Part shown: in pieces, positions 1 through 13,444 of the stretch | How the letters are laid out: each line of letters opens with the position of its first letter | Position numbering within the stretch: position 1 is the first letter of the stretch | Source of the DNA: Chromera velia | Taxonomy: Eukaryota | NCBI GenBank assembly: GCA_018398765.1 | Contig: JAHBMJ010000136.1 | Span: 1-56,271, forward strand | Reading direction: 5' to 3' | Length of the DNA stretch: 56,271 nt | The notes under the pieces: model-generated | The model's input: the letters and a program-made list of their open reading frames with translations, nothing else | What the model was told of the DNA's origin: nothing | Databases searched by the model: none | Made by a program: the position numbers and the translations under genes

Positions 1-189
1 TTCTCCCTTTTCTAAAATTACTTCGTTCAAGGCCCTCTGGCTGCTAGTCGCGCTGTATAGACTGGAAACGATCCCGCTGAGAAAGACAGATGTTGCCTGA
101 CTCGATGCATTACAGTTACGTTTTGTTCGATGTTGTTTTGGTCTCTCCCATCACTCCTTTGTTTCGCCTTCCCTTCTCTCTCTCTCTTT

Positions 190-1198
190 CTAGCCATTCA
201 GTTCTCTACTTGGTAAGTTGAGTGGGGGCTTCATCCAATGCATCAAATCGATCGACCATGCTCTACCCCGGGCAGTGTGGAATGAGTGCTTGGCTGGCTC
301 ATGTGAACCCTTCGTTAAAACAGTAAAATGGCTGGCCGTTCCATTAGATTGCTCCCTTTTGTAGCCTCCATTGCCAAGCACGGTGGGGGACAAGTTTAAA
401 GGGAAAGGCAAGGGCAGAGGGAAAAGGGCGGCAAAAAAGATCGTAGAGGGTGCCTGGCTGTCCGACTGGTTGAAAGAAGAAACTAGAAACGTTAGAGACA
501 GAGACGGAATTTTTCCCCACCTTGCGAATCTCTCCCCTTTCCAATCAGAGAATCCGTCCAGACAGCGTTTGGCCATGCACCTTCTGAGTGAAAGAAAATG
601 GTGTCCGAGAAGTGAAATGATAGAGTGCAGTGTTGAACCTCTGCCAAAGAGTCTGTTGCAGTCCTCCGCAGGCTTCTGTATGCTTTTTAGGGCTCTCACA
701 GGGGGGGATATAGATAGAACCCAACCGGAACGGCTGTGCGATAAATGTTTGTCCCCCTCGTGTATGATCAAAGATGAGGTTCATGTTCTGACGGAATATA
801 AGGACACAGAAAGGGAACGGAATAGGCTAAAAGAACTGTACAAAATTGCGAAGCAGAAAGCACCCATTGACATAAGAATACAGATCGCACAACGCGTTGC
901 AGGTGCAACCGGGAGGGGTACTTCTGATAATGAGAAAAAAATGAAGGATATGGTGTTACTGTTGTGCACAATTCTGCCTAGAAGCGGATCCAAAGCTATA
1001 GCCGACTGTCTCAAGAAGGTCCATTCTGTCGATAAGGCAAGTTGAGGCGAATCGATCCAATTGGCATGCAGGCTTCCTCATCCCCCCCCCCCATGAATGT
1101 GTGTTCTGGGTTGTCCTCAAAGCCTTGCTAGTGGCTTGGGATTTGGCGTCGCTAAATCTAGGATTTAACCCTCAATCATCATCATCATCATCATCATC
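190..1198 (+). mobile_element. 5'-truncated non-LTR retrotransposon (LINE) 3' end: C-terminal ORF2 remnant with degenerate CCHC zinc knuckle, 3' UTR and (ATC)8 tail
   Basis: Intronless ORF 371-1045 contains ERLCDKC-x5-MIKDEVHVLTEY. This matches the RxCxxC...EDExHxLxxC motif found C-terminal to the reverse transcriptase in many LINEs (last Cys reads Tyr). The stop is followed by ~130 nt and then (ATC)8 at 1175-1198. The 5' boundary is uncertain and no RT motifs are visible. Confidence 0.7.
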
Positions 1199-1258
1199 AA
1201 TTGAATTATAGTATTATTTAAATTGATCTAAAATAAAAATTATGAAGTGGTAGATCTA

Positions 1259-1472
1259 GGCTCCGCATACGTAAACTATTAGTATTTAAAAAAATAAATA
1301 AATAAACTTAGGCCAAAACCTGAATTAGTTTTTTTATTTTTTTATTTTTGTGTGTGAGCAGGGCTTTGAGCTTCAAACTTGAAGTGCCTGCTTCAAGAAA
1401 ATAAATAAAAAAATAAAAAGTAAAAGTGATTTGGGGCAATTAACTTTTTTATTTTTTTATATATGGGGAGCC
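1259..1472. mobile_element. MITE-like element, ~214 bp, imperfect ~20-bp terminal inverted repeats, TA flanks
   Basis: Left cTA|GGCTCCGCATACGTAAA versus reverse complement of the right end cTA|GGCTCCCCATATATAAA (3 mismatches). The interior is AT-rich and non-coding. Confidence 0.55.
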
Positions 1473-1800
1473 TAGTGTTAGATTAATTTCCAGCCTAGGT
1501 TTTAGCATAACACTGACATAACATAATATTCACTCTTTATTACTGAGCGTATAGCTAGCATAAAGTACATAACCACGTTGTACTGTTATTTGTACAGTTA
1601 TGCCTAACTTGAACATGGAACCTAGTGGAACTAATCAATCAACTGGTCAATCAATTAATCAATCAATCAACGGAATGATATACAGTCTAGTTTCCTCAGA
1701 ACTTTCCTGAACTGTTTCCAGCATTTTTATTGGCCATATCACTACAATGACACTATTACTAGCATACACTATTAAATTGCATCCGAAGGTAATAAGTTAC

Positions 1801-1826
1801 TACTACTAACTCATGAGTTAGTAGTA
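1801..1826. repeat. Perfect 26-bp palindrome TACTACTAACTCATGAGTTAGTAGTA
   Basis: Read directly; the two 13-nt halves are exact reverse complements. Confidence 0.85.
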
Positions 1827-2241
1827 ACCTAGTAGGCTAGTAAAAATAGTAGGAATTAAGTAGCTGCATGATTGCTAAATTGATTATCATGGTTGTACAT
1901 TGAAAATCAATTGCATGGTATTGCCAGAGCTGGTGCCCGAGTCGTTACGGCTTCATTCAAGCTAGCGTCTGACACAAACCACTGTCAGACGCCGCTTGGA
2001 GACCTAGTTGCACAGGGGATATTGCTATTGCCATCGCTGAAAGTCCTGGGAGAACCAATTTTTGATTGATTCCCTTTCACCGTCTTTCGATTTCACGAGC
2101 AAGCCACGTGTCAAATGCCGAGGATGGAATTTTAAAGAACCCGGGGCGTTGTCTGCCTGTTTTCCTGGGAGGCAACTCAAAAGCTCCAGCAGGCAGACCA
2201 AAGTGAGAAGCTGCAGCAGTTATGGAAAAAGAAACTGAAGT

Positions 2242-2707
2242 TTATGACAAAACGAAGGAGGCAGACGACAATAACACAAAAAAATCTTGCAACGGTCCCC
2301 AAGAAGGCAAACTACGTTCGAAAGAAGCGACATGGGTGTAAGCACTCAGACGGCTTTGTAAGCGCGACGACGTAGAGATGATTCGGCAGGAGAGAAGAAG
2401 AAGAAACGGAGAGGTCCACTCAGTCGAGTTTGCCAAGGCAGGGGGACGGACGTGAACTTCAGGATTGAAGGATGTCGGCGAATAAGCGATAGTGGGAAAA
2501 TTGACACTGGAAAAGGAAAGAAGTGAATGCAGTTGTGAGTGTAGACGACGAAGAAGTAACAAAAACAGGGACAATGAGGACAATAAACCAAGATGACAAA
2601 AAAGTCAGAACAATCGAACGGAAGAGAGAACGAGAACCGAAGGGGAAAGAAAGAGAGAGAGAGAGAGAGAGACGGAAAGATGGATAGGCGGATCGATCCC
2701 TGGATAG

Positions 2708-2772
<65 letters not shown>

Positions 2773-5533
2773 GTCAAGCAGAGGAACACGAAGAAACGAG
2801 AGACAGAGAAAAAAACGAGAGAGAAAAAAACTACCGCTGACTGACCCAGAACTTTGCCGACGATCTCCTCTGTCTTCCTGTACCTCCTTGCTCCCTTCTT
2901 GAAAGCCCCACTTGTTCTCGATTGTCTCTTTCGTCCTGTGTTGTCTGTGTGAATCGCTCGAACATCGAACTCAACACACACCTCCTCAGCGTATCTTCCC
3001 TCTTTTCCTTCCACATCTATCCTCCTCTGGTTCACTCTGCGAATCTCCGACAGACCCTTCTCCTTCGATCTGACAGCCCAACGGCCAATCACACGGAGGG
3101 CCTGATGCAACGACGAGGCCAAAAAGAGATCCGAAACCGATCGAACGTCCACATACGCACAAATCATCAACCGTTCAATGTACGGAGCAACAAGCGGCCC
3201 CTCATGCAATGGCTGTTTGAAGAAACGGATTCTCCTTTTTTCTTTCCCCTCGCTTTCCTCTTCCCCATTTTTTTCCTCTTCCCGCCCACTCTCAGTCAAA
3301 AGCTGTTCAGATTCAGATCCCTGTAAAGTTCCTTCCCTCTTTTCGAGTCCTTCCCCCTCTTCGTCTTCCTCAGACCCCACAACCTGCACGCCCTTGTGTG
3401 GAGGGAGCCGCCAGCTCCAGTCCTCAGACATTTGTGACCCTCCCACGAGACGCATAGTGAACACGCTTCTTCGAGAGAGGCGCCTCTCAGGATCCAACCA
3501 AACAAGACGACAAGGGTCAAAAGAAGACCGTCGTGCCGTGTCTTCCATCTCCAGTCTTCCAGTCCCCCAGTAAGCGTGCTGGATCTCTTGAATGTTCGGA
3601 AGGGGGGGACTTCCCGGACTCACCGAGACTCCCGGCGGCAGCTCGACTTTCGTTTTATATTTGTTCTTCTCCTCAAAAAGTGGCAGCAGATCCGGAAAGT
3701 AGCCCTGCGGTCTGCGTTCGCGCTCCCTCATGACTCTCGAAGCTTCGCTATGAAGCCACGATTCACCATCCACCCTGCCTGCAGAGGGAAAAACGGCCTC
3801 CCCGTCCTCCTTCTCAGTCTTTCCCGGGAGAGCGCGAAAGCGGGGTGACATCTGTCTCGGAAATCGGCGTTCAGGGTGCGCAAACTTGTCCGGCAGTGCG
3901 AAAGCGCCGAAAGAAATCAAACAACGCTGCAGAGAGGGAAACTCAGAAACAGCCTCCGACCCGACTTTAGAGTTCCATCGGTCCCATTCAACCCCCCCAT
4001 CAGAGCCGACCTCGCCCAAATGGACTGGCACCTCAGGGCTCGTTCCATTTGCACTTTCCCCCTGCCCCCCTCCCTTTTGCCTCTGTGCCTCAACTTTTGC
4101 ATTCACGATCATCCTTCTGAAGTCCAGAGGGAGACCTGCGGCGTCCAGAGCCTGCAAGCAGACAGGGAGGAGACAGGGATGGATGCAGACACACAGGCAG
4201 CTGCAGGAAGGCAGACGGGTAGGCAAGCAAGAAGGCAAATAGGCAGACACGCAGGTAGATAGGGAGCCAGAACGGCAGATAGCCCGACAGACAGGCAGAT
4301 GCAGGCCGGGAGGCAGAGGGGCAGAAAGCCAGGCAGGCGGCAGGGAGAAAGGGGGGAAGGCGCATGGCTGAATAAGAACACAAGGAAGCGGCGAAACCAG
4401 AAGCGACACATCGTCGTCTCGTCACCGATGCACTAGACACATTCGCACTCGCAGCGGGACACAGAGAGAAAGGGACGGAGGGACCGAAAAGAAAGCGAGA
4501 GAGGGAGAAAAGGTGACAGAGAGAAAGGAAAAGAGAAAGAGCGAGGAAGGGGGAGAGAGAGGAAATCCGAGAGATATGTGGGCGAGGCTGGATGACCCGT
4601 CAGTGGATAGACTAGCAGATGGAGCACAGAAGCCCAACTCATTTCAGAACCATGAGGCCATTTTGCGAGAGAACGTCATGTCTACTTTCTCCCTTACGCT
4701 TCCACCGTCCGAAAAGAGAGAGTCAGACGAAAGTGACGGAAAGCTTGAACAAGCGAGGCTGAAAGGAAGGAATAGGTCGATTACGACCTCAACTCACCGT
4801 GTTAATCTCATCCAACCAATCCAAATCTCCCAAATTGAACGCAAACTCTGCCAAAAGATACGCATACTTCTGCAGAACAAACGGCGCAAACATATCGCTT
4901 CATTGACGTATTTTCGTGATCCATCCAATCGCTTTGTTACATCAGAGCACTGCAACACTGCAACAGAGACGCTACAGTCACTATGACAGAACGTGACGCA
5001 GAGATAAGCGAAAGAAGGTTACGGGAACTCAAGCAAAAAACAAACAAATGAACGAAAAGCATCAGCCCCCTTGCGTCTCAATATTTCCAACCCTGAAAGG
5101 CGAACCACCCCCCCGTTTCCGATTCTGCCCAAAGAGGAGCCATGTTGCATTGAAACTGTGTCAAAGTGAACGAAAAGCAGCAAACCGAACGGACCATGTA
5201 CTCTTCCAGTGGGTCGTCGGTCCGTCGATGTTCCCAAACCTCTTCACCCATACTGCACAGACACGTCCGCACCTTTCGGCACAGCGACTTCACTGCTGCC
5301 TCTGCTTGCACGGCCTCCTCCTCCTGATTCACAGCCCCACTCTCTCGCAGATCGATGAACGTCTGCAGCTTCTCCCGGAGCGGCCTCGCCTCGTTCGTTG
5401 CCAGCCCGATCAACGCACACACAGAGGAAGCGGACCTTTTGATGCCCCTCTCCGTCTCCATTCGCCTCAGACGTTCCAATCCCTGCATGAGATTGCGAAG
5501 AGAAGGAAGAACATGAAGGGGATACGCTTTGCA

Positions 5534-5571
<38 letters not shown>

Positions 5572-5572
5572 C

Positions 5573-5611
<39 letters not shown>

Positions 5612-8600
5612 CGTCCGTCTGTCTATCAGTCTATCTTTCTGTCTGTCTGTCTGCCATAAATAACGATGAGGCAGATCACGGAGATTGTTCTATTGGATCG
5701 ACATCGAGGAGACGATGACAGACATCTCGTCTGCTATTCCACAGAACCATGCACGAAATTGCTATTGACAAACTTGAAATGGAGACAGACGAGTGCCAGG
5801 AGACAGACTCTACTCACTCACCCTGCTGACCGACTGACGTCATCGAAAGACACAGAGGCCGCGATGTGCATGTGGTGCAGGTGTCTGACTGCCTCTCTTC
5901 GGGGTCTCTCGCAGGTTTCTCCCCTTTCCATCTCTTCCAGCATGCCCACCGCTGAATGAACAGCACCCGCAGCCAGACACGGCATCCCGACGCTTCTGTA
6001 TGCCCGAACCATTTGCTCAGACACGGACGTCGGGAGCGGACCTCCGACAGCTCTCTGCCAACACAAGAAAAGAAAAGGGAAAATTTGATACAGCACAAAT
6101 GCATTCAAAAAGCATTGACTCCCGCCGGGGCTTTGGGTTTTCGTGAGAGTCTACATACACGCATATCCATTTTTTCATCAACAACGCAAACACGCAATGG
6201 AGACATTGGGGCTGACACATCAATGAATCTCGAGGCGCGCGATAAAGCACAGAAAGAGGATACTGAAGGTTCACAGTGCAGCAGGAGACAAAAAGGAAGA
6301 AAAGAAAAGACCAGATGAGCGAGGGAGAGGGAAAAGAGGATCCATGCATGCACGCACGGAAGAAAGGAAGCACCTCAAAGCTGCGTCCGATCTCGATGGC
6401 CAGGGATGCAGCACCCCCGTCTATAGCTCTTCTCAGCAGAACCGAGAAATCCAAAGGAGTCAAGTGAGCTGCCAAGCCTGCATGCGTCAAAAGGTACGAT
6501 AAGCAAACATACACAGGATCGATCCGATGGAACAATTGTGCATCTCTTGCACCTTTGGCGGCATCACGGGGCCCCAACCCAACAACTTGCCAAAGCACTC
6601 AGATTCAATTTTACTTCTTCCCCGCATCTACATATCCAGCCAGCCGATCCATCCATCCATCCTTCCCTTCACTTCCGTCCCTTTCCTTCTTGCTCCCACC
6701 CAACGTCCAATCTCCCTTCGCCCTCCTCTGCTGTGCTGTGGTGTGCTGTGCTGTGCTTGACCGTCCCGTTCCTTTGTTCTCTTCTCTCCTGCCTCCGCTC
6801 CTATCCCGCCCCATCCCCTCCCCCCTTCCAGACCTACCAGCTGCTTGAAGTTTACGGAGCTCCCTTTTCAGAGCTTCCTTCGAGGTCCCTTTTTCGAGCC
6901 CCACCATCAGCCTTTCCTTCTCCTCTACGGGAGCCCTAACCCGTGCTCCCCAATCTCTCAAAGCTTCTCCCACAGGAACCTGAGTGAATGCAAACACAGG
7001 ACAGAAGAAAATGCAAAAACTCAAGAAGAAGCACATAAATGCCCACGCATAGAAACAATAAAGGCACAGCAAGAAGGCACGAGAAGAGAAGGAAGAGGAG
7101 AGCAGAGAGTTTCTGGAGGTGACGAAAAAGAACAAACCAGGAACTGGAGGGCGAAGTGGTGTTAAGTAAGAAAGAGATGAAAAAGGAGTGGAGACAAAGA
7201 AAAGCATCCATAACGACTTACATCTTCCCCCTTTCTTTTCTTCTCGAGCCTCTCCCTCCACTTTCGGCTCAGAGTGATCTCAACTCTCTCCCCTCCTTCT
7301 ATCTTCTTCAAGGGAAAGGCGAACAGTCTGTCTCCTCTCCCGAGGATCTCCTTCTCGAGTACCTCTGTGGGCAGGAGAGGGGGGATGTCTCACACATGAG
7401 AACAGCAACGTTTATTCGTTCGATGGAGGGATCCCCCTCTTTGCTTGCATTGATCGATCGATCAGAATAATATGTATCTTATCTCACTTCATGTGACCTT
7501 AACTCACACTTGGTGTATCCTTGAAGGAGTTTTTCACAGGTCCCTCTGCAGTTTTTACTTTTGGGAACCAGCTTCGATCAGCCACAAAGGATGTGTATCT
7601 GCCACTACTTCCTTCCTGCCTGCCTTCCTGTTTGATTGTGTGCCTGGCTGGCTGGTTGCAGTCCCACTCATCCACCGGGACCCACCGATTGCTTCCTCAA
7701 ACAGCTGGGCGTCTTCGAGGACCTCCACCAGGAAGGTAACTCCAACAAGATCGGCAGTCCCTCCCCAAATTCGCCCAGCCTCCCTCCTGTATATCGACAA
7801 GGCGTTCTCTGCACGCCTGGGTGAAAAGCAAACAAAAAAGACTTCTTCTATCCAGGTGAGACAAACGCTTAGCTCGGCAGATGGTCTGCGAGCCAACTGA
7901 CTACGCAGCAGGGGCAACCCACAAGCTGACCAACCTACCAGCCAGCAATGAATTGATCAATTAATCAAGCAAGCAAGCAAAAATAAAACAAAGGAAACAA
8001 AAAAGGCAATGAAGGGGGAAAGGAAAAAGAGAGGGAAAAAAAAAAGAACAAGAAAAGAGGAAGGGAGTAAGAAAGAAAACAGAAACACATACAGACCGAA
8101 AAGGAAAGAGAAGAAGGAGAAGGGAAGGAAGTTCGCACCCGCTAAAGGAGAGACGGAGTCAGCTGAAGGAAGCAACGGCAGAACTTTCGATCACCCCATC
8201 CCTCCCTCGCTCCCTCCCTCCCTCCAGCCGCGACCTTTCTTTTTTTGTCACCCTCCCTCCGCTACATGCATAATAATAGACACTGACCTTTTGAGAGACA
8301 AATTGCCCCCTTGCTCTTCGCGTTCAACGTCTTCCACTTTCAGGGCGACGAGGGGAGAGACGCAGAGGCGCAAAAATTCCCGAAAACAGAGCACTTCCAC
8401 CCTTCCTGAGCCTTCATAACGCTCTCTCCTCAGGTGCGACAGAAGCACAGACCCCCAACTCTCTCTTTCACCCCACTCTGTCTGTGGCTGCATGGAAGGT
8501 AGAAAGAAAAAAAGGAGTTGCATGGAAGGAAGGAAGAGACGTGCAATGACAAGGTCACAAAGCCACACAAGTCCTCTCTAGATTGTCTGGCGGACTCAAT

Positions 8601-10794
8601 CATTTCATCCTGTGACACCGCCTTCAAAGTAGCGCTCGTCGAGAACTTTGCTTCCAGGTTTTCTTGCCGACTATGTTTTTTTCTTTCAATTCTTTTCCTA
8701 CAGCCTCATGTCCTCTCTCTCTCTCTCTCTCCCCCTCCCTCTCTCTCTTTCTTCCTTTCTGCTTCCCCTTCTTTCTCCCCCCTGGTCGTCTGCCGATTCC
8801 TCGCTGACCCAAAGGAAAGAAGAGGCCGCCTCGATGCCCCCTTTTCCGGAGGAGGAAGAGGAAGAGGATGGGTTTGCCTCCAGGAACATTCTCTGGATCA
8901 GGCAGGCGGCAGCTGCATGCACATCCAGCAACACAGTAAGTCAACCAGTCCACTAGTGGAGGTATCTGGAGAAGATTCTTCTTTCTGAGGAGCGAAGTCA
9001 AGCGGGAGAAACACAAAAGCTACCACGCAAACAGTGCAACTCTCGTTCAGAGGGTTGCTCTGCCGCAGAGAGGCAGCGAAAGATAGCTGATCGATCGATC
9101 GATAGACAGAAGAGAAGAAAACAAATAGAGAGCTCCTTGTCCCGTTTTGTGTCTCTTTCTGTTCGATCTGCTCACAGACCCACCCTCCTTCAGTTCTCTC
9201 GGCCTGCCGCTCTCGACACCTTCCCACAGATCCTGCTGGGTACCGAGATAGTCCGATAAACACAATGCGGCCTCCTTCCGACCCGACCGAATAAGTGCCT
9301 CGGCAACAGCGCTGTAGACGGTAGGGGAGAGAGTGCAGCAGCAATTCTGCAGAGGAGGCAGTCTCCTCACAGCATCTTGAGCAGCTCTCCTCAGTTTCTC
9401 TTCTTCCCTCAAGTCTCCTTCTTCTTTCGGCTTTCCTGATGTGAGGAGAAGACTCGCAGTGGGAGAGTGCCTCCTGAGCCCATCCGCTTCTTCAAGCAAC
9501 AGAAGAATTTCGAGAGCCGCGGTCGCACTGCAGCAACGAGGCAACAAAAACACGATAAGAGAAGAGATGAGACAGAAAACGAGAAAGGAAAAAAGGGAGA
9601 ATTGGCAACATGCGTGGACAACTTTATGGTCACCCACGGGCAGCGTGTTTGAAACAGACATTGAAACCTTTCAGGAGTGGAAAAAGAAAATGCTCTATTT
9701 AGCTCCAATTCTGTCCTTCCTTCCTCCCCCCCTTCACCCAACCAACCGACAGACCCACTCACTCACTCACTTGCTGAAGCAGGACGTCAGGGTCTCCGCA
9801 TTCACGTCTGAAAATTTTGGGAAGAGCCGCTGCTCAAGGGCTTCCTGCATACGCACAAGCACGGAGAAATTAATGTACACACACCTACATGGAAGCTCGT
9901 GTGTCTCCCTGCCCCTTCTCTTCTGATTTTGTGGGCGTCTTCTGTCCGCACAAAGGCCGCAACAGCATCACTGACGAGACTGACCTTCCAGACTTCGATC
10001 CCAAAACGCCTCCCAGAGCCCTGAACTCGGGAAGCCAAGGCTGCGGACCAAAACTTGTGTCTGGCATATGAGGGGTCCGTCAGGACAGGCCACGGTAGAA
10101 CGTTCGGTCCTCTGCGGAGAAGTCTGGAGATATGCCGTCGAGCGTTGAAACCCTTCGGACGCTTAGAGAGCGCCTGCAGTTAAAAATCCACACCCACCGT
10201 CCGTGCTCGTTTTTCAAATGTTCCTTTGCACACACAAGAAGTGAGAGAGGAAACAGGGGGCAGGTACACACATCCAACCCAAGCACAATTGCTCACCGTG
10301 TGAGAAGAAACAGAAATCTCAAATGAAAAAACCCAAAGAGAAAAACAAAAGAATGTGGCAAAGAAAGCCGGACATTCAACAAACAGGTCCTTAGAACAAA
10401 AGGAAGGAAAGGCTGGTTGCCGACCCTGATCGCATGAGTTTTCTCCCTCACACTGTTCAAGGATCTATCCAGAGGGTCTCGCGTGTCCTGCGAGAGAACA
10501 AAGACAACACATATGTTTATACACAGAGCCGACAGGCAGAGAGAGAGAGAGAGAGAGCATTTCAGGAGATACGCAGGAAAGGACAGATTTTCCCATGTCA
10601 CCAAAACCCTCTTCTGCTGGTCGTCCCTGTAATTTTCTCCATCCCAAGCGCTCTTCTCTTCCAAGAAATTCAGATACGAAACACAGAAGGCGGGCTGCTG
10701 CTTCTCTCCTACCCTACCACTCCCCTCACTGCCCCGACTCCCCACATCTCTTTTCTAACACACACACACACACACACATACACACACATACACA

Positions 10795-10832
<38 letters not shown>

Positions 10833-12531
10833 CACACACACCGGCCCTGCCCAGAGAGGGATGACGAGTCTCAGCCGCCTCTCAATCCTACTCCCGTGGT
10901 ACCGCTCCAGCAGGGGAAGACTGGTGCTGAACGTGTGATCACATGCCAGGGAAGGGAAGCAAGTAAGGAAGCAGCTCAGGCAGCAAGGAAGGAATCAGGT
11001 TAATGAGCAACGAAAAACGGAATATGGGAAGGTTGATCGAATGCAAGACAGAGAGAAGAGGAGGACGCAGCGAGTTTATGGGGGAGGAGCTCAACATAAA
11101 AAGAAAAACAATCCGGTCACCAGTTCGCCGAAGAAAAGAAATTCCAGCGAGGCCACGCACAAAAGGGGAAGAGGACAGCATCGACTAACGCATGTTCGTA
11201 TTTGCTCACCGGACTGCATCAAAAAACGGAACCATGAATCCACTATCGCGCAGCTCTGAAAGGCGTTTGTAGAAAACGCTGCAGAAGAGGAAGAGACCAG
11301 CAAGGGACACATCTGAATGCATCTTTCAGAAAGGGATAAGAAAGACGAGAAGCAAAGAGGAGCGAGAAAGGCCTCAGGGTGGCAAGGTACACAGACACCA
11401 CGACGACACAGTGACGGTGTCACCTGGCTCCGTCTTTTCTTCTGGACTGCCTTTTGACTCGATTCGACAAACGATCGGTTGGCATGTACAAGTAAATGCA
11501 CAAACATGAACGAACAACAAGCTTACTGAGCTGTACGACCAACCTGCAGCTGGGCGCGCATCCAGTAAATGAAAAGAAAGACCGATGGATAGCTGTTTCC
11601 CACCTCTTTGGCGCGTTTTTTTTCTCTATATATGTTGCTCGCGACCAACCTGTCTGGCTACCTGTGTCTGCACACTTCGTGTCCGAGCGTTTGCAGACTG
11701 ATTGCTGACTGACCTTTCAATCAAGATGTACGTGGCGTATTCCTCTTCGTCACTCGAAGTGGATCTCAGAGCCTGCATGCACAAACAGGGGGAAAGCTAC
11801 TCGGGCGCATGCGGCATGAATATGACAACACAGAGACGCACACTCAGACACTCCAGGAATCCTGACCAGGAAAATGAAGGGAAAAGGGCGCGCGCCAAAC
11901 CCACAGACACGCCCGCAAAGACCAAGAGCTGCCTGTAAGACAGACAGAAGGGAAGAGAAACATTGCAGGCAAGGCAAAGGCCCTTTTCCCTTTGAAAAAC
12001 AGCAGGCAGGACATCGGGGAATCTTGCAGGCAAAGCGGTATGGTGTGAAAATCGCAGTAAACACGAAAGAAAGGAAGCCGTTTGGAGGAGGCTCAAACAC
12101 CGGAGCAGGCTGGATTGATTGCCAAACGAAAGACCCGCAAGAGGCAGGAGGACAGCAAACAACATGAGGACATCATTTCTCTCTCGCACAGACGGTTGCT
12201 TCACCCTGTCAGGCCCACCTGGATTTTGTCGATCACTTCAGGTAACGGGAGGGGCTCCAGCAGCTTCAGAACAGGCAGGCGGGCGGGCAAACACACAGAC
12301 AAACAGAGAGAAAGACACACAGACTCGGATGAATAGAAACGAAGAGGTGTGACAACACATATGCAGACATGCAAAGAAGCAAAATCGCGTGGATTTCCGC
12401 CCAAACAAGAGAGCACAGTCGAGTGAAGATGCAGGGATGCGTGCTCGTCCTCCATACAAGTAGTGCAGTGTCCTACCGATGAAGGACGTCTAGCAGCTCG
12501 AGAGGACACACTCATTATCTCTGCGTCCGCT

Positions 12532-12577
<46 letters not shown>

Positions 12578-13376
12578 CGCGTGCGTGCGCGTGTCTTGTT
12601 TTTTTTGCCTTCATTGCTGCCTTCGATCAACACGAAAGTTCTCTCAGAGACGCAAGCAGTTTGAGTCCAGAGACAGAAAGGAGTGCTTTCTTCTTGACGA
12701 AAAAGCGTTGCCCATCCATTTCCTCAGAACTCCCCTTCTCGCCCTTCTTCCCAACTTTCCGGCATTTCCTTATCCCCCCACCAAACACACCAGCAGGTCC
12801 TTCACCTACCTCACATGCTCTCCAGACGTTGAACCAGACTCTTGTTCTCCTTCTGTGAAGAGGACGCTGCACTGCGCCTGAGGAGCTCCACACGGATCCC
12901 CTCCGCCGCAACGGAATTTTCCCACCGGTGGGCACCCCAATCTGCATGCGTGTGAAGGAAGGAGTGCAAAAGCAGGCGACCGAAAATCAGAAGTTGAGAG
13001 AGCGCGACTGTCCGTCACAGTCGACTAGAAAAATAAGATAAATACAAGAACTGAGAATAAGCAGATGCGGTGACTGAGTGCATTGCTCCTTTTATTCTCT
13101 CTCTCTTCGACCCTCCTTTTCCCTTCGTAAGGGAGGGAAGCAAAACAGAAAGAGACCAACAGAGAACGAAAAAAAGAGAGATCGAGAGGGAGAAAGAAAG
13201 TTTATAGACGAAAGTGAGGAGAAGGGTCAGTTCTTCCCTTTCTCCCTTCCATCGCTGCCCTTTCTTTCAATCCCTCCCGTCCTTGCTCCTTCCACGTCCG
13301 AAGTCGCGACTCACCAACGGGGCTCTCTCTCTTGACAGCAGATAGTCCCGGACCCCTGCACACATTCACTCACACA

Positions 13377-13444
<68 letters not shown>

